Assembly: GCA_003990765.1 (NCBI GenBank) | Contig: RBNJ01000284.1 | Span: 1-34,167 of the forward strand | DNA: 34,167 nt | Source: Jimgerdemannia flammicorona | Lineage: Eukaryota | Reading direction: 5' to 3' | Shown: positions 1 through 8,440 of the stretch, in pieces | Position numbering within the stretch: position 1 is the stretch's first letter | Layout of the letters: each line of letters opens with the position of its first letter | The notes under the pieces: model-generated | The model's input: the letters and a program-made list of their open reading frames with translations, nothing else | The model's database searches: none | Told to the model about the DNA's origin: nothing | Made by a program: the position numbers and the translations under genes

Positions 1-319
1 TTTGGTTGAGAAAAGGCACCAGATGTCCTATGATGGTTCCTTTTGGCAGGATGATGGTCTCCCAACTTTGGTTGGTTGCTCGGGAGTGTACTGGGTTCAT
101 CTTGTCTGGGAATGTGTGTCCCTCTATGTCCAGGTGTGGGATATCTTCCTTGGGTTCAAAGAAAAGGTTCCTGGGGTCGGGTGGTGCAAAGATTTCGAAA
201 GTGGTTTGTTCTCCAGGCTCCAGGATGAGATTCTTGTGCAGTCTGACTGGTTGGCAGTATACTTGCTGGGGTACATTCCTCTTAAGGTGGTTGACTTGAA
301 GGAGATGTACCTCTTTCCT

Positions 320-732
320 GTCTGAACTTCCAAATCCTTCAGCTCGTCTTGTCCCTTCAGTTAGTTCAGAGACTTCCTGTAACTGTGGGGTCTTGACCTT
401 CATGAAGACTGCTTGGGCAATCTTCTGTCCTCTAATGATTCGGTGCCATTCTACACTGCTGTTGTGTAGGATAACCTTGATTTCGCCTGTATATCCGGGG
501 TCAATGGTTCCTCCTTCTACAGTTATCCCTTGTCTGGCAAGCCCAGACCTTGAGGTCAGTTGAATATAAGCTCCTTGAGGTGGCTGCATGGCTAATCCGG
601 TTCTGACCATGAAGGTTTTTCCAGGCTTGATAGATTCATCCTCCAGGCTGTGAAGATCATATCCTACATCTTCTGGGTGGGCTTTGGTCGGGGGTTTGGC
701 CTTGGGGTGCAGCAGGGCATACTGGGCAATAT
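320..732 (-). other. dut: Trimeric-type dUTPase domain in Pol, element A (no internal stop)
   Basis: Manual translation gives all five dUTPase motifs: DVGYDL, SRSGLA, GTIDPGYTGEIKV, GQKIAQAV, RRAEGFGSSD. It is missed by the ORF track because the frame runs off the window. Confidence 0.95.
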
Positions 733-2039
733 CCTTGCTGAGTTCGGGTTTTCCTAAGGCTGAAGCTCCACTGGCAGAGAGCCTCCAGGCTCTGAGGTTG
801 AGGTGTGGCCATCTGGCTCCAGTAGAGGGGTCTCGAAGGTAATTGATTCCCCTTCTTCCTGTAGGGTCAAGGGCTTCCATGAAGTTGGTAGCATCTTCTG
901 CCCATCCTTGGCGGGTTGCATGCCTGATGAGAGCTAGGACATCTTCTCCCAAATCGTAGATCTTGAGGATTCTTCTTCCTGGCTTCTTGGTCTGGCTTTT
1001 TCGGATCTGGCTTTTTCAGATCTGACTTCGGTTATCTCCTTTCTTCAAAGTGTGCACTGCAATATCATGACTGAGATGAATCTTCTGATGTCTGCAGTCT
1101 CGGCAGTCAGGGTGTCTCCCATGGTTGCAATATCCCATTACTCGGAAATGGTGTTCCCGGCTGTTTATCTCCTGTTGTCTTGGGAATCGGTACCCATCTT
1201 GATCATAGGTGGGTGGAAGGGTAGACAAGAGATATATTTCTGTGTGGGTAAAGAAGCCTTGTCCTCTAAATCGGCTTTGTAACCTTGTGGTGACTTCTTG
1301 GAAGGTGGTAGACTGTGTGAGAGTAGTTGGGGGTTCTGGTCTCTGGGGTCTCTGTCTTTCTTGTTGGTCCAGCAGATGACACTGATAGCAGTAGTCTCGG
1401 GGAGAGTGGAAGACCATTTGATGTGGACATCTTCCTAGCCGGAAGGCTTCCTCTTGGTGGGTTTCTTTCTTGGGAATAATGGTGATAGTACTAAGTCCTT
1501 CCTCTGTATTCCAGGGGTCATTGTCTTCAGGTGGTGTCCAGCGAGGATCATCCCAGGGGATGAGTTCAGGGACTTCTCCTTCATCAGGTACTTCTTGTTC
1601 AGGAACTTCTTGGTCAGAAGTTTCTTCTTCCTCAGATGATTCTTGGTCCCAAATTGCTTGTACTTCTGCAGCTACAGTTGCAGGAGTTTTTGGAACATGT
1701 CTGCATTTCTTCTTCTTCCTTCTGCACTCTGGGCAGGCTGTGCCAGGCGATTTCCTTGTTCCCATGATCTTGGAAGAGTGCTCGGGACACTTGTGTCTCT
1801 TGAGGTATGTAGGGCATCCTTTGGCTTCTCCTGCAATAGCTCCAATGGTGATAGGGATAGTGTTCCTGGCCCACACATTGTCTTCTGGTCTGTCATCCAC
1901 CAGATTGATTCGGGGATTGAGTCTGGGATCATTTCCATCTTCGGATTCTTCTTCCTCTTCTGTAGTAGACTCCTCACTGCTGGCATATTCTTCCTGAATA
2001 GTGACCTTCTTTTTCTTCTTGGATTGCTCATAACTGGTC

Positions 2040-2400
2040 ACCTTAACTCGGTACTTCTTGCCTTGGTAGTCAAACTTGAGTACTTGTTGGCCAATATCAA
2101 CAACTGCATTCATTTCCTTCATCCAATTGGTGCCAAGAATCATGTCATAGGTGACAGCTTCTGTGACAACAGCTTTGGGGATGGAAAACTGAATGTGTCC
2201 AAGAGAGATGGTGATATTCCGTACTTCTCCAAGAGGTTGAGTTCGGGCTCCATCTGCCACTATAATGCTGAGATTGGATGGTCCATCAATGGGCCATTGG
2301 AGGGTATCCAGGAATCGTTTGGTAATGACACAGACAGCTGCTCCTGTGTCTATGAGGATTTTCGCTTTTTGTCCTCCAATGTCTCCATGTAAGTAGGTGC
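2040..2400 (-). other. Retropepsin-type aspartic protease domain, element A
   Basis: KILIDTGAAVCVI ... IIVADG ... YDMILGTNWM within ORF 1016..2872. Confidence 0.93.
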
Positions 2401-3007
2401 TGACATGTCTTTCAGCTGCCTGGACAGAGATGGGAGCTGGTTCTTGCTGTGGGATTGGAACTCGGCCAGTGCTAGACCTAGTGGTTCTCAGCAATTTGTT
2501 TCGGACTCCAGCTGGTGTCAATTGCAAGAACTGCAGGAGAGGAACTTCCATCTTGGCTTCTTGAATCTTCTGCCAGGCTTCATTGTAAATATCCCTAGGC
2601 ATGGTTTTCAGAGTGGACTTCTTTTTAGGCTTTGGGGCAGCAGATTCCTGTTCTTCTTGTTCCATTTCTTCATCTTCTGGTGGCAGCTCGTTTGTCTCAG
2701 GCACAAAAGGTGAGGGGGTTCGGGGAGGTGTTTCAACTTGTTCCTCCTCATGTTCTTCATCTTCTTCTTGAATGATTCTCCTGCTGATGTTCCTTGATGG
2801 TCTTCCCACAGGTCTCTTTCTTTTTTCTGCTGGGTAAACTGTCTTTCGGGTGGTAACCTTGGTAGGGTACAAGTCTAGGTCACTGTAGTCTTCACTGTTA
2901 CTTGCTTCCTCAAAATCTTCGATAGGATGGACTTCAGTCTTCTTGTACTGGGTGTCATTCCTTCGGTTTGGTGGTTCTGAATCTCTTCGGTCACTTCTTT
3001 TGTTGTC

Positions 3008-3049
3008 ACATTCAGTGGCATAGTGTCCGAATTGTCCACAGTGGAAGCA
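3008..3049 (-). other. Gag CCHC zinc knuckle (CFHCGQFGHYATEC), element A
   Basis: C-x2-C-x4-H-x4-C read in frame just after the TGA at 3068-3070. It is not shown in the ORF track. Confidence 0.92.
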
Positions 3050-4466
3050 TTGGACTTGGGCTCTGTCTCAGGCAGGGTACCTTCTTTCTTCTTGCTGATA
3101 ATTCCTGTTATCTCTTGGTGGATAACCTTGGCTCCTCTGTGGTGGGTATCCTCTGTTGTCTTGGTAGCTCCGATTTTTACGTGTGGTGAGTTTTTCAATC
3201 TGTCCAACCAATCGGTCTAACTTGGAGCTGAGGTCTTGGATTTCACTTCTGTCTTTCTTTCCTTCCTTGGCTGGCCTTCTTTCCTCAGATCTTTCTTGTC
3301 CTTGAAGGAGTCCTTGCAGGGCCTTGACCAGGATATCTTCTTTATCTTCTTTCTTATCATGATCACTCCAGGTGGTTCCTTGCCTGACATCAAAGAATCC
3401 TTGGGCCGCATCTACTTGTTCTTCAGACCTTCTGATGCCTAGGGTGCAGACATGCTGGGCAATATTCGGGGGAATTCCATTCATGAAGGTCATTGGACCT
3501 ATGATGTCCTGGTTGGTGGCATTGAACCTGGCAGAGTGCATCCTTTTCTGGATTCTTGTGAAGAAGGCTCTGGGTGATTCTCCAAGATTCATCTTCATTC
3601 CCATGATGGATTCCTGGGCCTTGTGGTGGGTTTCATTTCCAGCATACTTTTCTATGAGCCAGTAGACCATGGCCTGATATTCTAGCTCATAGGAGGCTGC
3701 TGCTTTTATCTGTCTTGCTAGTTCCGAATCTGGGTTGTTTGCTGTTCGATGGAAAATCCCTCTGGCTGGTTCTCTGAGCTGAGCTTTGTAGATGGCAATC
3801 TTCCTTTCATCTGAGAGATTCCTCAAGGCTGCGATTCCTTCGATTCCATCAAGGAATTCTCTGGGGTCTTCTTCTGGGTATCCTGCAAAGATTGGCAATG
3901 AGGTGGCCATTTCTTCATCACTTTCTTCTGATTCTGGTTTGGGTTCGGATTCTGATTCTGATTCACTTTCTGAACTGTCACTAGAGACCAGGGTGCTTGG
4001 GTATCCTGAAGATGGTGTTCTGGTCCTTGGGCAAGGTGGAGTAGGCCTAGGTATCCTTGTAGAGGCTACTTCTGGTTCTGCAAGAGGTTGTGGTAGGGGT
4101 TCCATTGGTGAGATGGGTGGGACTGGTGTATGCTGTCTGGCTGTAAGATGTTGGGTCCGGGTAATAAGTTCGTCTAGTTCTTGTGCAAGCTCTCCAAAAA
4201 CTCTGGCAGGACTGTCTGTATTGTCTGCTTGATCTGATTGATCTGGTTGATCTGGTTGAGGATTTCGGACTGTACTGCCTCCTACTTCTGGTTGGGATCC
4301 TTCTGATGCTGGGTAGTTGGCAAGTCTTGAGGTGATTACTTCTCTTCCTGTCCAAATGCTAGTGATGACTGGTTCTCCTGTAGTGGCAGAGATTGGTGTT
4401 GTATCAAATGTATCCAGTTTGACTGTGGGTTCTTGTGAGCTGAAAAGTCATGTCGATTTTGAAATA

Positions 4467-4484
4467 TTCTCAGTTGAGCTCCCA
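4467..4484 (-). promoter_or_regulatory. Primer binding site, tRNA-Pro-like, element A
   Basis: Minus strand reads ...TGTTACA-TT-TGGGAGCTCAACTGAGAA. This resembles the tRNA-Pro PBS type (TGGGGGCTC...) after transitions; B has TGGGGGTCCAACTGGGAA at the same place. Confidence 0.7.
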
Positions 4485-4486
4485 AA

Positions 4487-5918
4487 TGTAACATGCCAGC
4501 TCAATGGAGGCAAATTACAAGGTTGGGGGTTGATGTAGTTTGGCTTGAGCCCCCAGTTACTTTGTCAAAAAGCAACAAAATGTTCTGGGTGTTTAGCAGT
4601 ATAATAGTCAAAATCTGGATACTATGCGAATGGTTTCCTTTTTGGGACAGGTTCTTGGGTGTAGTGGCGATTTATATGTCTTTTCCTTCTTGGGTCAACT
4701 GGGAATGGCACGATTTGTGTGTAGTGTGAGCGGTTTCCTTCTTGAGTAATGGGTGATTTCTGTGTAGTGCGACGATCTCCTTGTGCATAATGGTCTGGCA
4801 ATTTAGCGGTTCTCCTTATGCGGTTTCTGTGTGATGATCTCTGTATAGCATGGCGGATTCCTTATGCGGGACATTCTGATAATTCAGCAGATGACTCGAT
4901 TTGGGTGCGGGTTTACTGGGAATGTATGGCGTGGGTTCTCCTGTCTGGGAATAATGCTGGCGGCGGATTTCTTCTTGGGCTCACTGGGAACGATGAATAA
5001 CTCGGAAGGTGCAAATCGGGCTCTTCTGGGAATAATAGCTCGGGTGATGCGGGCTTTCTGGGAATACGGACAACTTGAAAATGGTGGATGATGCAGATTT
5101 GGCGGGCTTCTTGGAAACGGTGGCTTAACTGGGAATTAACTCGGATGGCACAGATTTGGCTTCAACTGGGAATATGGTGGATAACTCAAAAGCGGCGGGT
5201 GACATGGGTAACTCGGATAGCTCGGATTCTTCCCAAATCAGTGGGCTTCTAACTGGGAAACAGCGGCGAAGTTCTTCCTTGAACTTGGGTGGCAAACTTC
5301 AGACTTATCTGGCAAGCGTACCAATAGTTCCAAAGGCGGTGAAGTTCTTCACTCGAACTTGGTAGCAAAATCAGCTTTGTATCGGAAAATGGACCGGAGT
5401 GGAAGAGAAGAGAACCAAGCTCACAACTTCTTGGCAGTAGCTTGTTGCAGGCGTATCTCCTAAGTGTTGCAATCCTTCCTGGATCAAGTGGCTTTTGGCA
5501 GCCATTTCTCCTAAGTGTACCAGATAATTGACTTTTGCTTTGGTTTGTATTCAACTTTCGGACTGAGGTTTTATTCACTCTCGCCTCTGGGGTAATTTAT
5601 ACAAGTTGGTTGCTATCTGGTTACTATGCGGCTAACTATAGATTTGCTATCTTTGGTAATGTTTGGGTGTGTCCTCCGGGTACAGGTATGTCCACAGGAC
5701 ATGAGTGTGTCTACAGGACATGAGTGTGTCAGCCGGACATGAGTGTGTTCTCAGGACACAGGTAAACAATCCTGATCTGGTGTCTTGGCTAATTATAAGT
5801 GTGGTGGGCATGAGTAACTATGATATACTGGAAGTCACATCATGCTGAGTAAGTTTGCTAATTGTTCGCGCCATCTGGCTAAGTTATAATTCAGGTAGTA
5901 TGTTTTTGGTCTGTTATA
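4487..5918 (-). repeat. 5' LTR of element A (~1.43 kb)
   Basis: Termini on the + strand are TGTAACA (4487) and TGTTATA (5918, mutated TGTTACA). Both ends align with both LTRs of B. Minus-strand TATAAAT (~5600) is followed by AATAAA (~5572). Confidence 0.88.
5685..5762. repeat. ~19-20 bp tandem repeat (CAGGACATGAGTGTGTC core, 3-4 units) in U3 of LTR A
   Basis: Visible repeated units. A different ~19-bp repeat occupies the same position in the B LTRs (~32961-33020, ~24365-24425). Confidence 0.8.
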
Positions 5919-7070
5919 CTATACTAGGAGTAGTTGTGTGAAGGGATATTGTGGGGAAGTGCTCAGAAGTTGTGTTCGGATTGTTTAGGTATTCAAGTCT
6001 GAGATTCTGAGATCTGGGGGAGGGGGTATTTATACTAGTGAGGGGCTATCTGAACTATGCTAAATATGGATGTACCACTAAGTGCCTTGCTGAGTCAGAA
6101 TGCAGTCATGTAGTACAAGTGTAATCTGATATATCAAGAGATCGTCTGACTGCTGAGTCAGTTCACAGTCATGTCATACAAGGCTAATCTAACTATACTA
6201 TGACTGCTAAGCTATTTATAGGTTTAGGTGCTGTCTGGTTAGTCTTTGATAACATCACTATTGATGACATCATCACTGGCAAAGTCTGTGCAGTTTTCTG
6301 ACTTCTGACATCATCAGTTTCCAAGGTGTCGTCACTTCTATCTCTTACAGATTAAGACTGTCCTCAGTGGTGGTGGTTGTACAAGGATAACAGGTCTTGG
6401 TTCTCATTTTTTTTTGTCTGCTGGCGCATTTGTGAGGACTGGCCATTCTCGTCTAGGGTGAGGGCTCCCAATGTCATGGCTGGGGGTTTGAACCTCTCAG
6501 AAATAATATTTTCTGTAATCCGAGACATTTTCTAGTAGTAATATCTGTCACATGAATGGCTTGAGATTGGTTTCGACGTTGTTGGCTTTCTTGAGTTCAG
6601 ATGAAGCATCCGTCACTCTCCAACGGAGGTGACACAGATAGAGCGAATGGAGTTGTTCAAATGTGTTTTACTTCTGCTAAGTAATGAGGTCTTGTATAGT
6701 TGCGGTGTATCCTGGTCTTGAGTTGATAAGTACAGTTCGTGAACCTTTTGGTAGATGAGATAGGGTTCTTCTTGTCTCAATTAGAGTTCGGTAGTTTTGG
6801 TTTCCTTTTGTAATAGTACAGTATACCAAACTAGTTATAGCGGTTCAGAGTTAGTCTTATGGTTGTAGTACTTCTTCTAGTATTCTTGTAACTTGGTGGT
6901 GGGTTCTCATGCTTGCTGGCATATTTCGTGTAACCAGATGATCTCTTCAATAACTTGTTTTGTAGTCTTGCATGGGGTTTCCAGATTAGTCCTGAGGATG
7001 CCATGCGATTTTGGTGGCTTGGAGGTTGTGCGCTTACAGGTAAACTATGCCTGCAAGTCTCCTTCTACAT
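5919..7070 (-). mobile_element. Decayed Gypsy 3' remnant D: integrase C-terminus, 3' region, PPT and part of the 3' LTR (5919-6334), interrupted by element A
   Basis: Minus frame ~6960-6720 reads EEIIWLHEICQQA*...QEY*KKYYNHK...VLL...EEPYLIYQK, matching the integrase tails of B and C. A purine tract AAGAGATAGAAG precedes TGACGAC at 6334, and there is a minus-strand TATAAATA at ~6030. Confidence 0.7.
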
Positions 7071-8440
7071 GTATCTGAGTATACTATATACTAATAAAGA
7101 ATTTGACTTTATCAGTCTTGTATTATAGAATTTAGTGAAGGCAGAATGAACTCTTGGGTTCTGCTGTATCTGAGGTCCCCTCTGATCACCAATGGTTAAG
7201 CTAGCCATCATATATATCTTCATCAGGCTTCAGCTAGAATATGGCCTCTCACTTCTATCAGCTTTCTGCCCAGCTACTACCACAGAGCTTCAGGTGTTGA
7301 AGCATTCTGAATAGGTCTTTGAAAATACTATCACTTGGGCATTTGGATTCTCTTACCAGCCCCTGCTTGGCAGTTTGATTCTCTGGCCAGCTCCTGCTTA
7401 GCAGTTTGATTCTCAGCCTCTCTTCCTTCCTTTATCATATATTGGACCTCTGTTGTATATTCTAAGTCTATTTGGATTGGTACAGTAAGTCTGACAATGA
7501 CTCAATTGACCCCCTTAGTAAGCACTTTATCATACATCTCCTGGGTTCTATCATTGATAAGTTCTGTGTTGGACATCTTAGCTTGACTTCCTCAACTGAT
7601 ACTGAGACCTCCATCCTTAGATCTCTAAGACTTACTTGCTCCACTCCTTTTTCCAGTCCTTTTTTCAGGATCAGTTATTACAAGAATGAGCCACTTCTTC
7701 TCAGGCTCTCATTTGATATATCACTCTCTATGGCCATTTACAGTCATGAGGAGCTGACTGTATCCTCTTCTTCTCCACCTAGCTTATATGCTCTGCTCTC
7801 ATCTGACTTTATGGCTACTTTGGCCAATCCTGTCTCTGCTTCTATAGAAATAAGTTTCATTATAGCTATCTCTATAAGTACAGTCTTCTCAATAGTTTGT
7901 ACACTACTTTCTGAGATAACCCTGATTATGATGAATAGCTCAATTGGTTTACCAGTGATAAATAGAAGGAGGAACTTCATGCTTACCCTCTTCATGCTCT
8001 TCATAAGATAGCCCACCATACCATAAATACTATTTGTAATTCTGGTGAAGAGATTGCATATTTTTTTTTATTTTTCTTTTTTCTTATTCATCTTAATTGG
8101 TTTCCTTGTTGTTGAGAGCACATTGAGTTATACATCTCATGTCAGTCATTTGGTATTTGGATATTAATACTATTCCTATAGTTGATACTGGACTTATGTA
8201 TATTTTATTCTAACTTCTCTCTTGTTTGCTTCCTATATTTATTATCTTTACAGCCATAACAAAATGATTTATCCAGTCCATCTATAGGGTGGTCACCTCT
8301 CTGAACTTTTTTTTATTCTTTCTAGCTAGTTGTTTACTTCACTGGTTTTTTTTTGCTTTTCTCATCTTAAGAGTCTTTACTGTTTATTGCTCTGATGTAT
8401 CTTTTCTTCTCTATAATGAATATATTCTTACTTGAAGCTC
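7070..8440 (+). mobile_element. 5'-truncated LINE copy (end of RT, C-terminal region, 3' UTR)
   Basis: Colinear direct repeat of ~11430-12830 throughout, e.g. ATACTAATAAAGAATTTGA at ~7088 and ~11448, and TTACTTGAA at ~8428 and ~12801. Boundaries are approximate. Confidence 0.85.

Larger units (their letters stand above)
1..4105 (-). pseudogene. gag-pol: Single-frame gag-pol polyprotein of element A, interrupted by two TGA codons (3068-3070 and 1016-1018)
   Basis: ORF 3068..4105 (LPIFAGYPEEDPREFL gag motif), the stretch after its stop (DRAQVQCFHCGQFGHYATEC), ORF 1016..2872 and the open frame 1015..1 are all in one frame. Both stops fit CGA->TGA. Confidence 0.9.
1..5918 (-). mobile_element. 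Ty3/Gypsy LTR retrotransposon, family 1, element A (5' LTR, PBS, gag, PR, dUTPase; RT/RH/IN lie beyond the left window edge)
   Basis: Minus-strand order is LTR, PBS, gag capsid, CCHC knuckle, DTG protease, dUTPase. It is colinear with full-length element B (27660-33133) and is the least mutated copy in the window. Confidence 0.95.

Noticed and set aside
3068..3070. Programmed stop-codon readthrough at the TGA codons of element A (also 1016-1018)
   Set aside because: The first stop precedes the zinc knuckle and B has TAT there, consistent with an ancestral CGN. The second lies in a 15-bp duplication whose sister unit has CGA. Both are best explained as CpG decay.
1052..4232. Numerous + strand ORFs over element A (and minus ORFs over C, + ORFs over B)
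   Set aside because: These are antisense shadows of gag-pol with no motifs, and they are not preserved as intact ORFs between A and B.
7472..8019. Hydrophobic ORFs 7472..8011(+), 7744..8019(-) and 11882..12226(+) as membrane or env-like proteins
   Set aside because: The LINE C-terminal Cys/His knuckle is in another + frame. The hydrophobic I/L/S/F/Y bias is expected from C->T/G->A decay.
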